A stretch of DNA of 64,000 nucleotides, taken from contig CBDASK010000003.1 of assembly GCA_965199495.1 (NCBI GenBank), forward strand, positions 1 to 64,000. Direction: 5' to 3'. The notes beneath the pieces were generated by a model that saw only the letters and a program-made list of their open reading frames with translations, had not been told where the DNA came from and searched no databases. Each line of letters begins with the position of its first letter. The first letter of the stretch is position 1. The position numbers and the translations under genes are program-made. The DNA comes from Abditibacterium sp. Its GTDB lineage: Bacteria; Armatimonadota; Abditibacteriia; Abditibacteriales; Abditibacteriaceae. This document shows positions 1 to 10,158 of this stretch, in pieces.

Positions 1-1
1 C

Positions 2-1084
2 GTTGACCGGGACGTGAAAGACGATCCCAAAAAGCCGGGCGCGGTTATCGTCAATTTTGTGCTTCGCGAGAAGCGCACCGGCCAGTTTCAGGTCGGCGTC
101 GGCTTCGACTCGCGCTCCAAAATTTCCGGTTTTCTGACGCTTTCGGAAAGCAACCTGCGCGGAACCGGCCAACGTGGCTTCGCTTCGGTGGAAGCGGGTT
201 CGCAGCGCAATTTCGAGGTGGGCACGGGCAACCCGTTCATCGGCGACAAAAACGCATCCTATGACGTTTCGGTTTACCGTCGCTCGATTTATCGCGAGCC
301 ACGATTATTGCAAAACGTCGGTGTCAATACCAGCAACACTTACACCTACGAAGAGCAGCGCACAGGCGGACGTTTCAACTTCACTAAACCGCTCGACTAC
401 GACCGGCGCCGCACGTTGATTTTTGGCTATCGCAACGAGAAAGCCAAACTGCGCCAGACCGATAGCAACGGCAATAGCACACCGGTTTCGGACGCTGGCA
501 ATCCGCTGTCCTCGTCGGGCACGGTGTCGGCGGCATCGGTCGGTTTTCTGCATGATAGCCGCGATTTGCGCGTTGATCCGTCGTCGGGCGGACGCGAATC
601 ACTGGTTTTGGAACAGGCGTTCAAGTTTTTGGGCGGCAGCACCAACTTCACCAAACTCGACTTGGATTTGCGCCGTTATATTCCGGTCATTCACGGAGAA
701 AAAGTTGGTGCGCCCGCCAAACTCGTGTTGGCCGGACGCGTGGTTTTAGGTCGCTCAATTAACCAACTGCCCGCTTTCGAGCAGTATTACATCGGCGGCA
801 CCGAAACCGTGCGCGGCTACAACACCGAGCAACAGTTCGGCGACAATCAGGTTTATGGCAACGCCGAGTTGCGTTATCGTTTCCAGCCGAAAATCACCGG
901 CGTTTTGTTCGCCGACAGTGGTAGCGCCTTTGGCGGACGTTTTTCGTCGGGCAAAGATTTGAGTCTGCTCTCCTCGGTCGGCTTCGGCGTCCGCCTGGTC
1001 ACGCCCATTGGCCCGATCCGTCTGGATTATGGCGTCGGCAGAGACGGCGGCAAAACTCACTTCGGCATCGGTTCGACGTTCTAA
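2..1084 (+). CDS. bamA: BamA/Omp85-family outer-membrane beta-barrel, 5'-truncated by window edge
   Basis: YYIGGTETVRGY loop-6 motif, TPIGPIRLDYG, C-terminal Phe; frame is open from the window start. Confidence 0.85.
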   Translation, partial: VDRDVKDDPKKPGAVIVNFVLREKRTGQFQVGVGFDSRSKISGFLTLSESNLRGTGQRGFASVEAGSQRNFEVGTGNPFIGDKNASYDVSVYRRSIYREPRLLQNVGVNTSNTYTYEEQRTGGRFNFTKPLDYDRRRTLIFGYRNEKAKLRQTDSNGNSTPVSDAGNPLSSSGTVSAASVGFLHDSRDLRVDPSSGGRESLVLEQAFKFLGGSTNFTKLDLDLRRYIPVIHGEKVGAPAKLVLAGRVVLGRSINQLPAFEQYYIGGTETVRGYNTEQQFGDNQVYGNAELRYRFQPKITGVLFADSGSAFGGRFSSGKDLSLLSSVGFGVRLVTPIGPIRLDYGVGRDGGKTHFGIGSTF

Positions 1085-1107
1085 AATCGGATTGCGGTGT
1101 TGCCCGC

Positions 1108-1145
1108 GCTCAGAATGACAAACACTGGCAACTGCGCAACTTCTA
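1108..1145. repeat. Degenerate right half of a GTCATT-family palindrome/MITE
   Basis: GCTCAGAATGACAAACACTGGCAACTGCGCAACTTCTA resembles GCTCGAAATGACAAACGCAAGCCAACTGCGTAACTCCTA ending at 25444. Confidence 0.55.
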
Positions 1146-1160
1146 CTCATCCGAAATCCG

Positions 1161-1198
1161 AAAAAGCCCGCGAACCAAAATGGTTCGCGGGCTTTTTT
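1161..1198. terminator. Bidirectional rho-independent terminator
   Basis: AAAAAGCCCGCGAACC-AAAAT-GGTTCGCGGGCTTTTTT between convergent genes. Confidence 0.85.
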
Positions 1199-1211
1199 AT
1201 TTTGACGTAAT

Positions 1212-1709
1212 TTACGCTTTTTCGATGGCGGCGCCGGACGCTTTCCAACCGGCGATGCCGGGCGAGAAATGTTGGACGTTGGTGTAACCCAACTTCATCG
1301 CGGCGTCGGCGGCCTGTTTGTAGGCGCCGCAATATTCGTTGCCGCAATAAGCCACGACCAAAGCGTTCTTATCGGCGGGCAAGGCAGCTTTCAAATCTTT
1401 GATCGTTTCAAAATCGAGCGCTGTGGGAATGTGGCCGTCTTTGTAGGACGCGCTACCGTTCACGTCAATCAGAGTGACGGATTTGTCGGCGATGGCTTTG
1501 GTCAAAGCGACCTGCGAAATCGAGGGCACTTCGGCCTTTTCCTTAGCCAATTTGGCGGCGGTGACTGCACTCATCGGACAGGAAATCGTCGTGCTGACGA
1601 TGTTGGGAGCGGACGATTCAGAGACTGCAAAAGAATTAGCCACCGGATAAGCGGCGGCGCCGACGGCGATAACGCCAACGGCCAACAGGGATTTGCGAGA
1701 AAGTTTCAT
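1212..1709 (-). CDS. Exported rhodanese-like domain protein
   Basis: Signal peptide; LIDV, GHIPTA, VVAYCG, LGYTNV..GIAGW rhodanese motifs; start chosen at MKLSRK. Confidence 0.8.
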   Translation of the reverse strand: MKLSRKSLLAVGVIAVGAAAYPVANSFAVSESSAPNIVSTTISCPMSAVTAAKLAKEKAEVPSISQVALTKAIADKSVTLIDVNGSASYKDGHIPTALDFETIKDLKAALPADKNALVVAYCGNEYCGAYKQAADAAMKLGYTNVQHFSPGIAGWKASGAAIEKA

Positions 1710-1804
1710 GGTTGAGTTTTGAGCATCGCGGGCGCTCTTAGTTGCATTAAACAATTGACGAGTATAGGAGTTCCCCGAATTAAGCATTCTTCAGGAAACC
1801 TCGC

Positions 1805-2788
1805 TCAAATCAATCCGTCGCGCCGCCAAGTCGCCCATTCGAGCGCGTGGTAAGTCACGATCAAATCGGCGCCCGCGCGTTTAATCGAAATCAACGATTC
1901 GTCTATCAAACGTTGCTCGTCCACCCAGCCACGCTCGGCGGCGGCTTTGATCATCGCGTATTCGCTCGAAACGTGATAAGCGCACAGCGGCAAATCGAAT
2001 CGCTGGCGTGCGCGGGCCAGCAAATCGAGGCAAAACATCGCCGGTTTGACCATCAAAATATCGGCGCCTTCTTCGACATCCAATTCCATTTCGCGCATCG
2101 CCTCGCGTCCATTGGCGATGTCCATTTGATACGAACGCCGGTCGCCAAACGAAGGCGCCGAATCCGCCGCCTCGCGAAATGGGCCGTAAAACGCGCCCGC
2201 GAATTTGGCGGCGTAGCTGATAATCGGCACATTGCTAAATCCAGCGTCATCCAAAGCAGTGCGGATGGCAGCCACGCGTCCGTCCATCATATCCGAAGGC
2301 GCGACCATATCGCAACCCGCGCGCGCATAAGCTATGGCGGCGCGCGCCAAAAGCGGCAAAGTCGCGTCGTTGTCCACGGTTTCGCCGTCCAAAATGCCGC
2401 AGTGTCCGTGCGAGGTATATTCGCAGGCGCACACATCGGCGATCACGCACATTTGCGGCACGGCGGCTTTAATCGCGCGCGCGGCCAAAGGCACTGGCCC
2501 ATCCATGTCGGCGGCGTGGCTGCCAATCGCGTCTTTTTCGGGCGCAATGCCAAACAGCATCACCGACAAAACGCCGACATCGTAAAGTTCGCGCGCGAAT
2601 TGCGCGGCGGTATCGGGCGACAGGCGATTTTGGCCGGGCAATGAACTAATCGGTTTGCGGATATTTTCGCCCGGCTCGATAAACATCGGCGCGATTAAAT
2701 CGGACGGATTGAGTTGAGTTTCGCGCACCATCGAGCGAATCGTGGGCGATTGGCGCAAGCGGCGCGGGCGCTGTTGGGGGAACGACAT
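1805..2788 (-). CDS. hemB: Porphobilinogen synthase (ALA dehydratase)
   Basis: RPRRLR, DVCACEYTSHGHCG zinc site, APSDMMDGRV, MVKP, AYHVSSEY. Confidence 0.97.
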   Translation of the reverse strand: MSFPQQRPRRLRQSPTIRSMVRETQLNPSDLIAPMFIEPGENIRKPISSLPGQNRLSPDTAAQFARELYDVGVLSVMLFGIAPEKDAIGSHAADMDGPVPLAARAIKAAVPQMCVIADVCACEYTSHGHCGILDGETVDNDATLPLLARAAIAYARAGCDMVAPSDMMDGRVAAIRTALDDAGFSNVPIISYAAKFAGAFYGPFREAADSAPSFGDRRSYQMDIANGREAMREMELDVEEGADILMVKPAMFCLDLLARARQRFDLPLCAYHVSSEYAMIKAAAERGWVDEQRLIDESLISIKRAGADLIVTYHALEWATWRRDGLI

Positions 2789-2831
2789 AATTTGAGTTTG
2801 CCGCAACGGTGAGCAAAGCCGACGCCTTGAA

Positions 2832-3344
2832 TTAAGCGCGCGGTTCGAGGCCGTAAAACTCTTTTTCTCGTTGCAACCATTCATCGAAAGTGCCCGTAAA
2901 TAAAATGCCCGGATGATCGGCGTTGATTTCGGCTTTACCGATCCAAGTCAAATGCACCAACACAAATCGTTTAGGATTACCGCGATATTGGAAGAGAGCG
3001 TCTTGATTGTCTTCGTAGGCAGCGAATAATTGCAGCGGCACGCCAAAAAGCGAATGCTCAGGGATTAATTCGCGCAGAAGCTCCGCGTGAATGTGCGCCG
3101 CTTCTCTGGCATCAGGATAAACATAGCCTTCGGGCAGTGCGGGTCGCGGCGGTTGAAAAGAGGGTGTTTCCACGCCTTCGTTCTCACCAATCGCGATCTC
3201 CTCGTCCGACAGTTTCCTATCATTTGGCGCATTGATTAACTCGGACTTTTCTTCCGAGTCTTCGCGCGACGGCGCGTCGGTTTTCGAGTCGGTCGAAGCA
3301 TTCTCACGAGCCACAGTTTTCCTGAAAATCTCACTCAATTTCAT
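2832..3344 (-). CDS. Hypothetical protein
   Basis: Open frame filling the gap between hemB and the toxin; VHLTW motif; start uncertain (3344 or 3371). Confidence 0.6.
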   Translation of the reverse strand: MKLSEIFRKTVARENASTDSKTDAPSREDSEEKSELINAPNDRKLSDEEIAIGENEGVETPSFQPPRPALPEGYVYPDAREAAHIHAELLRELIPEHSLFGVPLQLFAAYEDNQDALFQYRGNPKRFVLVHLTWIGKAEINADHPGILFTGTFDEWLQREKEFYGLEPRA

Positions 3345-3378
3345 GATGTTATAAATCCGATTCCGAATCAATACTCTT

Positions 3379-3702
3379 CTACGGTTTGAACATTTCAGCC
3401 AGCGTCAAAAGCACCTGTTCTTGAGTATCAACATCAAGCGTTCCCAAGTGTTTAATTAAACGTTGCTTGCTCACAATGCGGATTTGATCCAATACAATGT
3501 GCCCGCTCTTGCCATCGAACTCGCAAGCCACGCGAGAAGGATAATTGCGACTCCCGGTTGTCAGCGGCGCAACCATTACCGTGTTAATCGCTCGATTAAT
3601 TTCGTCGGGAGAAACGATGACGCAAGGGCGCGTCTTTTGAATTTCGTCGCCGATGGTCGGATCGAGATTGACCAGATAAACCTCGAATCGCTGAATTACC
3701 AT
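3379..3702 (-). CDS. mazF: PemK/MazF-family toxin (endoribonuclease)
   Basis: VNLDPTIGDEIQKTRPCVIVS, VAPLT, DQIRIVSKQRL; start overlaps the antitoxin stop. Confidence 0.92.
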   Translation of the reverse strand: MVIQRFEVYLVNLDPTIGDEIQKTRPCVIVSPDEINRAINTVMVAPLTTGSRNYPSRVACEFDGKSGHIVLDQIRIVSKQRLIKHLGTLDVDTQEQVLLTLAEMFKP

Positions 3703-3962
3703 TCCCACGCCTCGTCCCAAGAAGAAGCGCCAATTTGCTCGCCGTCGAGTAATTCGTCGTCGCCGCGCTCGGCCATCAATCGAAACTGCTCTTCCCAACC
3801 CTGTCGCGCCTTGGTCGCGATGGGACGAATGACCAATTGGTCGGCCCCAACCTCTATCTCGACCTGCTCGCCAAAACCCAGTTGATCTAAAACCAATTTG
3901 GGAAGCCGAATACCACGGGAATTGCCCACTTTAACGATGCGCGCATTTATAATCGTTTGCAT
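3696..3962 (-). CDS. mazE: AbrB/MazE-family antitoxin
   Basis: IVKVGNSRGIRLPK AbrB fold, acidic tail ending WEW; directly upstream of the toxin. Confidence 0.9.
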   Translation of the reverse strand: MQTIINARIVKVGNSRGIRLPKLVLDQLGFGEQVEIEVGADQLVIRPIATKARQGWEEQFRLMAERGDDELLDGEQIGASSWDEAWEW

Positions 3963-3976
3963 TTAAACTTCACCTC

Positions 3977-4014
3977 TGTAACTACATTGTATGCTCAATC
4001 AATCATTCCGTCAA
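3977..4014 (-). promoter_or_regulatory. Sigma70-type promoter of the TA operon with an overlapping operator-like palindrome
   Basis: Minus strand TTGACG-17 bp-TACAAT; TGTA-AC-TACA palindrome at 3977-3986. Confidence 0.7.
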
Positions 4015-4036
4015 GTCAGCACTTAAACTGGAATCC

Positions 4037-5107
4037 ATGAAAGTTCTCGGCCTCCTATCCGGCACCTCCGCCGACGGAATTGACGCGGCGCTGTGCGAAA
4101 TTGGCGACGACGGCCAAATCGAACTGCTCGCCTTCGAGTGCGCGCCCTACGCACCCGATTTACGAAATCGCGTTTTGGACGCGTGCGCCAATCGCGCTGA
4201 TGTCGCCGAAATCGCGCGCTTGAACGTCGAAATCGGGCGCGCGTTTGCCCATCACGCATCGGCAATGTTTGAGAACTTCGGACGCGCTGAACTCATCGGC
4301 AGTCACGGGCAAACCGTGTGTCATTTGCCCGCCGAATCGGTCACGCTGCAAATCGGCGAGGCGTGTATTATCGCCGAACAAACCGGAGTTCCGGTCGTTT
4401 CCGATTTTCGCCAACGCGACGTGGCTGCTGGCGGGGGTGGTGCGCCTTTGGTGCCCTACGCCGATTGGCTCACGATGCGACATGCGACGCGTGACCGCGT
4501 GATTACAAATATCGGCGGCATCGCCAACGTCACGATTTTGCCCGCAAATTGTGATTTAGACGCGGTGCGCGCGTGGGATACCGGGCCGGGCAACATGGTA
4601 ATTGATGCTTTGGCGCAACAATTTTTCGGCGTGCCGTTCGACGAAAACGGCGAATTGGCCGCGCAGGGCGTCGCCGCGAAAATCGAATTGAACAATGATT
4701 ATTTCGCGCGCGTGCCGCCGAAATCGTGCGGGCGCGAAGAGTTCGGCGCCGACTTCGCCGCGCGTCTGGCGCAAGGTTTAAGTTCGCACGACGCCCTTGC
4801 CACGGCGACGGCGTTGACGGCGGTTTCAGTTGCCGATTCGCTAAATCAGTTCGCTGATTTGCGCCCGAACTACGAACTGATCGTGAGCGGCGGCGGCGCG
4901 CGCAATCACACGTTGATGGCGATGTTACGCGCGCAATTGCCGCAAGCGTTGGTGGTGACGAGCGCAGAACTCGGCATCAACGGCGACGCGCGCGAAGCGA
5001 TGGCGTTCGCGCTGTTGGCCGCGCGCACATGGAATCGCGTGCCGTCAAGCGTGCCCGGAGCGACTGGCGCGCGCGGGCCACGCGTGTTGGGCAAAATTAG
5101 TTGGTGA
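4037..5107 (+). CDS. anmK: Anhydro-N-acetylmuramic acid kinase
   Basis: GLLSGTSADGID, GSHGQT, DFRQRDVAAGGGGAPLVP, NIGGIAN, DTGPGN. Confidence 0.95.
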   Translation: MKVLGLLSGTSADGIDAALCEIGDDGQIELLAFECAPYAPDLRNRVLDACANRADVAEIARLNVEIGRAFAHHASAMFENFGRAELIGSHGQTVCHLPAESVTLQIGEACIIAEQTGVPVVSDFRQRDVAAGGGGAPLVPYADWLTMRHATRDRVITNIGGIANVTILPANCDLDAVRAWDTGPGNMVIDALAQQFFGVPFDENGELAAQGVAAKIELNNDYFARVPPKSCGREEFGADFAARLAQGLSSHDALATATALTAVSVADSLNQFADLRPNYELIVSGGGARNHTLMAMLRAQLPQALVVTSAELGINGDAREAMAFALLAARTWNRVPSSVPGATGARGPRVLGKISW

Positions 5108-5113
5108 ACTCCA

Positions 5114-5419
5114 ATGAGACGCAAACTTTCTAAGCTAACGCGCCGCGAACTTATAATTTTGTTCGCGCCGTTTCCGATTTTGTGGCTTTGTCTGGGCCTT
5201 TTCGTCAATCCCGCCGTTTTCAAATTTTGGGTCGCTGGACAAACCATTAGGCCGCTCGACTCCGTGCTGCTAATGTTTATGCCAGTTACTTTCACTTTTA
5301 TTTACGGATTTTTGATTTTGGTCGTGCGCGCCATCGAACGTCCGATTAACTTGAGTTCGGTCGCGATTTGCGCTTTGCTGGCGGCGTTTATCGGTTTCAT
5401 TTCCTGTCCGATTCCCTGA
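5114..5419 (+). CDS. Small hypothetical membrane protein
   Basis: Three hydrophobic segments; starts 6 bp after anmK. Confidence 0.55.
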   Translation: MRRKLSKLTRRELIILFAPFPILWLCLGLFVNPAVFKFWVAGQTIRPLDSVLLMFMPVTFTFIYGFLILVVRAIERPINLSSVAICALLAAFIGFISCPIP

Positions 5420-5486
5420 ATTTGAACAAATTTGACTTTCTTGAAGCCAAAGCTCGCGCATTTACGGTTTACTTTGCGTTATCACC

Positions 5487-6542
5487 GTGAATACCATAGC
5501 TTCCCAAACGTCCAACGTTCACATCGTTGAAACCAAAGAATTGCCGTCGCCGCGCGACTTGTCCAACAAAATCCCGCACTCCGATGCGCAAAGCGAATTC
5601 GTCTGGCAATCGCGCCGCGTCATCAGCGACATTTTGCGCGGCGACGACCCGCGTTTTCTGATGGTCATCGGCCCCTGCTCGATCCACGACACCAAAGCCG
5701 GGCGCGAATATGCCGAGAAACTGGCCGCTCTGGCCGAAGAAGTTTCGGACGTGATTTATACCGTGATGCGCGTTTACTTCGAGAAACCGCGCACCACGGT
5801 CGGCTGGAAAGGCTTGATTATGGATCCGCATCTGGACGAATCGCACGACATCGCCGAAGGTTTGGCGCAAGCGCGTCATTTTCTGCGCGAAGTCGTGGAT
5901 TGTGGTTTGCCGACGGCAACCGAACTTTTGGATCCGATTACGCCTCAATACATCGCCGATTTGATTTGCTGGTCGGCGATTGGCGCGCGCACGACCGAAT
6001 CGCAGATTCACCGCCAGATGGCATCGGGGCTTTCGATGCCGTTGGGCTTCAAAAATGGCACCGACGGCAACGTGGCTGCCGCGCTCAACGCCATCGAAGC
6101 CGGTTTGCAGCCGCAGAGTTTCCTCGGCGTCTCCGAAGACGGCGTCGCCTCGGCGGTTTCGACGACCGGCAATCCCGATTGTCACATCATTCTGCGCGGC
6201 GGCGCGGCGGGGCCAAACTACGACGCCGATTCGGTCAAAGCCACGCTCAATTTATTGGAAGGCCGCGAACTGCCGATGGGCATTATGGTGGATGCCAGCC
6301 ACGGCAACTCGAACAAAGATTATCGCCGCCAACCCGGCGTGATGGAGAGCATCATCGAGCAACGGCGCGACGGCCAAAAAGCGATCGTCGCCGCGATGGT
6401 CGAAAGCAATCTGGTCGAGGGCAACCAAAAGTTCCCGCGCCCAATTCACGAATTGACCTACGGCCAAAGCATCACCGACGCGTGCATCGGCTGGGAATGC
6501 ACCGAAAAATTAATGCGCGATTGCGCCGAGAAATTGCGTTAA
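5487..6542 (+). CDS. aroG: DAHP synthase, class I-alpha (AroF/G/H type; feedback class not determinable)
   Basis: GPCSIHD, RVYFEKPRTTVGWKG, IGART, GFKNGT, DASHGNS, YGQSITDAC. Confidence 0.93.
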   Translation: MNTIASQTSNVHIVETKELPSPRDLSNKIPHSDAQSEFVWQSRRVISDILRGDDPRFLMVIGPCSIHDTKAGREYAEKLAALAEEVSDVIYTVMRVYFEKPRTTVGWKGLIMDPHLDESHDIAEGLAQARHFLREVVDCGLPTATELLDPITPQYIADLICWSAIGARTTESQIHRQMASGLSMPLGFKNGTDGNVAAALNAIEAGLQPQSFLGVSEDGVASAVSTTGNPDCHIILRGGAAGPNYDADSVKATLNLLEGRELPMGIMVDASHGNSNKDYRRQPGVMESIIEQRRDGQKAIVAAMVESNLVEGNQKFPRPIHELTYGQSITDACIGWECTEKLMRDCAEKLR

Positions 6543-6548
6543 TTTTGG

Positions 6549-6640
6549 AGCCACGAAAAAGCACAAAAGAAACAAAAAGTTTGGAAGAAAGCACATCTGT
6601 TCTTCCAAACTTTTTGTTTCTTTTGTGCTTTTTCGTGGCT
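6549..6640. repeat. AGCCAC...GTGGCT palindrome (family B)
   Basis: About 40-bp inverted repeat, A-rich left arm and T-rich right arm. Confidence 0.9.
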
Positions 6641-6923
6641 AATTTTCGCGGCCCAGTTCGATCAAGCGCCACGCGCAGTCGAGCGGCGAGGCGAGCGGCG
6701 CGATGCAACAACCGCGCTCATCGGAGACGGCTTGCCACGCTTGCAGACCGATCAATTGTCGGGCGCATCCCACAAAATTTCCGGCGTGAAAAACCCAAAA
6801 TTCGTCGCGTTCGACTTTGACAAATTGCAACAGAGTTTTGTCGGACGGACGCCATTGCGCTAACTCTTCGTCGTTGGCTGGCTCGTAAACCGGATAATCG
6901 TGCAACTGCGAAACGTGCATCAT
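6639..6923 (-). CDS. Small hypothetical protein
   Basis: MMHVSQLHDYPVYEP... 94 aa downstream of the TPR gene. Confidence 0.5.
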   Translation of the reverse strand: MMHVSQLHDYPVYEPANDEELAQWRPSDKTLLQFVKVERDEFWVFHAGNFVGCARQLIGLQAWQAVSDERGCCIAPLASPLDCAWRLIELGREN

Positions 6924-6961
6924 GGCGCGTGTTTGCCACGAAAGTGCGCGCGTTTGAGGCG

Positions 6962-9900
6962 TTAATTTTCCAATTCTTCGACAAACTTGGCCGCACGCTC
7001 CAACGTCGGCAAATCCAAACCTAACTCGCGAATTTGGTCGCCGATGCGCGTGGCGTCTTCGGGGCGATCCGAATCGGTGTAGCGCGCGCGCAGCGCCAAT
7101 AGCGCGGCGGCGCGGTCGAGATCGGCCCACTGCGGCAACGCCAGACCGTTGTAAACCTCAATCGCCGCCGAGGTTTGGCCCGCATCCCACAAAATGCGCG
7201 CGCGCGCAAACGCGATGCGCTGAAACGTGTTGGCGCTCACGTTCGGCTCGCGCGCCGCCGCGTTATAAATGTCGGCGCTCGTGGCCAAGGCTTTGTCTTT
7301 GTCGCCCGCATCGAGCGCGGCGAGGCTCAAAATGCGGCTGGTTTCCAGCGAAGCGGGCGTCAACTGCGTCGCCAATTTGAGTTGCGCCGCGCTTTGCGCG
7401 TCGTCGGCCAACGCCTGTGACAAAGCTAAACGCAGCGTCGGCGCGCGGCTTTCGATGGCGACGGCACTTTGCAAATCGGCCAGCGCGGCCTCGCTTTCGA
7501 GGCCGCCGAATTCGGCCAGCCAGCTCGAAACGCGCGCCTGCACATAACGCGGCATCGGCGTTTGCACGTCGCGCAGAGCAGCCACCGCCAGCCCAAGGTC
7601 GCGCGTGGCGCGGTCTTTATCGGCGTCGGCGCTGCCGGGCGCGCCTGGTACTTGCAGCGCGGCGTTGGCGCGCGCCAACCTTGCCGTCGCGATCTGGCAC
7701 CACGCCAATAGCGAGGCGCCCGAACCATCCTGCGCCAGCGCCGCCTGAATCGGCGCGACCATCGCAGAGTTCGCCACGCGGCGCGCCAACGCTTCGGAAG
7801 CGCCGCGCGCCTCGTCATAATCCCACGGCGCGCCGCTAATGCGCGCCACGACGCTGGCGGCGGCGCGGGCATCGCCGGTTTTTTCCAGCATCGCGATGTA
7901 ATTGGCCGCGATGCCGACCTGCTCGCCCGCCGTTTGCGCTTCGAGCAGCAAAAGCTCGAACTGCGCCGCCGCTTCGGGATACCGTTTGAGTCGCGTCAGC
8001 GCGAACGCCATAGATTGGCGCGCTGCCAAAATCAGCGTGTGGCGCTCGCCATCGCCGGGTTTGGAATTCAGCGCGCGCGCGTTGAGTTCCAACGCGCGTC
8101 GGGCGCCGTCGTCGGCGTCGAACGATTGCACGCCCAGCGCCGCGCTCACCAACACGTCGGGATCGTCTGAGGCGCTCGCCAAAAGCGCCTCGACCGCCGC
8201 CGTGGCTGTTTTGCGCTCGCCAATTGTCGTGTCATAATCGGGCGAGCGCGTCACTCCCGCCGCGCTCTGCGACGAAACTAAGGCCAGTTGTTCCCGATAA
8301 AACGAGCCGTCGCCGCCCGCCTTCACGTCCGCATCAATCGCGCGCTTGATTAAATCGCGCGCTTGGTTGAGCAGTTGCGCGCGCCGCGCCACCGATGCGC
8401 TGTTCGATGTCAAAAGGGGAAACGCGGTTTGCGTCAATAATTCGGCCTGACGCGACAGCCAAAACGCGCTACCCGGCGAACGGCTCAGCCCGGCTTTGAC
8501 AGCCGCCTCAACGCCATCGGCGTTCCCATAAGTTTCCTGATAGGCCAATGCCAGCCGCGCATCATTGTCATCGGCGCGCGTCGCGACGGCGCGATTGGCA
8601 ATCGTCCCCCCCAACGCCGTCCGGCTAAACGCCTTTTGCCACGCATCGAACAAAGCGAAGGTCGCGTTTTCGCGGTCGGTTTGCGAAGTCAAACCGTCGC
8701 GCAAACGCCCGTAAGCCGCCAAAGATTCGCCGACATCGCCCGCGCGCGCCGCCAAAACCATCAGATGCGCGCGCGCCTGATTCTTAATATCTATCGGCGC
8801 GACATTTTCCAGTCCCGTCCACAAAACGCGCGCATTTTTGTCGTTGGCGGCGCGCTCCAGAATCAGCGCGTAACGCCGGTTGGTTTCGATTTGTTCGCCG
8901 CCAATCACGCGTTTGGCCGTCGTTGCTGCCGTCGCTTCTTTGTTCGCTGCATCCAAATCCGCCGCGTCATCGTCGGCCAAGCGCGCCAAAAATGCCGTCG
9001 CTTCGAGGCGCGCCGAGGGCAACGCCTTCGCCGCCCCAACGGTTTGCCAGACGGTTTTTGCGCCCTCGACATCGCCTTTGCCCAAGAGTGCCTGCGCGCG
9101 CGCGAGTTGCAAAACCGGGCTGTCGGGCGCCGCCGCGACGGCTTTATCGAGAGCAGCCACGGCGCCGTCCCAGTCGCGATTGGCGAGGGCCAGGCGCGCG
9201 CGCCGCGCTTCGATTTCGGCAGAGTCCAAACCCAACGGCGCCAGCGCATCGAGCGCGCGCTGCGCGGAAACGAAATCGCGCGCGTCCATCGCCATATCGA
9301 ACGCGGCCAAAAGCGGCCCGCTCGCTTGATTGGCGATTTTGGAAGCCGCGACAAAACGCTGTTGCGCGCCGATGAAATCGCCCGCGCCGCCCCACAACGC
9401 CAAACCCTGATTCAACAAATCGTTCGGATCCGCCGCGTTGGGATAAGCCGTCGGCGCCTGCAAATCGGTTTCTTGCGCGACGGCGCTTTTGGCTTCGTCA
9501 ATTGTCCAGGTGCCGTCGGGAAACGGCTCGGCGCGCGCCGCTAAATCGTAGTTAAAAACCGAAGTTTCGCCCGCGTTATCCACGGCTACGCTCGACGGGA
9601 ATCCATCTTTGGTTGTCAAGATCGCTGTCAGGGTTTGCGCGCCGCCGACCGATTTTTCGACGCGTTTGTCGGAGCCGATTTCAACGCTCGCCGGATACAA
9701 ACCTGCCGGAGTTTTGGCGGCGGCATAGTAAGCGTTTTCGCCGCCGCCGCCGAACAAAACGTTGTCGCGCCGCAAAAATCGGCCTTCGCTTTCCTCAACG
9801 ATGCCGGGTTTGGCTTCGGCGAAAATGAAGTTCGCCGGGCCGCCCGCCGCCAAACGCCAATCCCGATTCCACTTTTTCAAGATGTTAAAGCGCGCGCGAA

Positions 9901-10144
9901 ACAATCGTTTGGTCGCCGGTTGATAACTCAAAGTTTGGTCGCCGGTCGCCACGATGATTTGCGCGGGCACGCCCGCCGTGTCGTTGCGCGCGATTTCGAC
10001 GCGCAAACGGTCGGGTGCCTGCGCGAAAATTTTCGCCTTAGCGGTCAAACCATTTTGCGTTTGGGTTAGCGTGCCTTGCCAGCGCGTTTGGGCCGTCGCG
10101 GGGAGGGCGAGCAAGCAGAGAAAAAGGGGCGGAAGAAATCGCAC
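6962..10144 (-). CDS. Large exported TPR-repeat protein with a LolA-like N-terminal region
   Basis: Signal peptide; QAPDRLRVE..IIVATGDQTLSYQP LolA-like stretch; Ala-rich helical TPR-like repeats. Confidence 0.7.
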   Translation of the reverse strand: MRFLPPLFLCLLALPATAQTRWQGTLTQTQNGLTAKAKIFAQAPDRLRVEIARNDTAGVPAQIIVATGDQTLSYQPATKRLFRARFNILKKWNRDWRLAAGGPANFIFAEAKPGIVEESEGRFLRRDNVLFGGGGENAYYAAAKTPAGLYPASVEIGSDKRVEKSVGGAQTLTAILTTKDGFPSSVAVDNAGETSVFNYDLAARAEPFPDGTWTIDEAKSAVAQETDLQAPTAYPNAADPNDLLNQGLALWGGAGDFIGAQQRFVAASKIANQASGPLLAAFDMAMDARDFVSAQRALDALAPLGLDSAEIEARRARLALANRDWDGAVAALDKAVAAAPDSPVLQLARAQALLGKGDVEGAKTVWQTVGAAKALPSARLEATAFLARLADDDAADLDAANKEATAATTAKRVIGGEQIETNRRYALILERAANDKNARVLWTGLENVAPIDIKNQARAHLMVLAARAGDVGESLAAYGRLRDGLTSQTDRENATFALFDAWQKAFSRTALGGTIANRAVATRADDNDARLALAYQETYGNADGVEAAVKAGLSRSPGSAFWLSRQAELLTQTAFPLLTSNSASVARRAQLLNQARDLIKRAIDADVKAGGDGSFYREQLALVSSQSAAGVTRSPDYDTTIGERKTATAAVEALLASASDDPDVLVSAALGVQSFDADDGARRALELNARALNSKPGDGERHTLILAARQSMAFALTRLKRYPEAAAQFELLLLEAQTAGEQVGIAANYIAMLEKTGDARAAASVVARISGAPWDYDEARGASEALARRVANSAMVAPIQAALAQDGSGASLLAWCQIATARLARANAALQVPGAPGSADADKDRATRDLGLAVAALRDVQTPMPRYVQARVSSWLAEFGGLESEAALADLQSAVAIESRAPTLRLALSQALADDAQSAAQLKLATQLTPASLETSRILSLAALDAGDKDKALATSADIYNAAAREPNVSANTFQRIAFARARILWDAGQTSAAIEVYNGLALPQWADLDRAAALLALRARYTDSDRPEDATRIGDQIRELGLDLPTLERAAKFVEELEN

Positions 10145-10158
10145 GCGCTTTAGAACGA

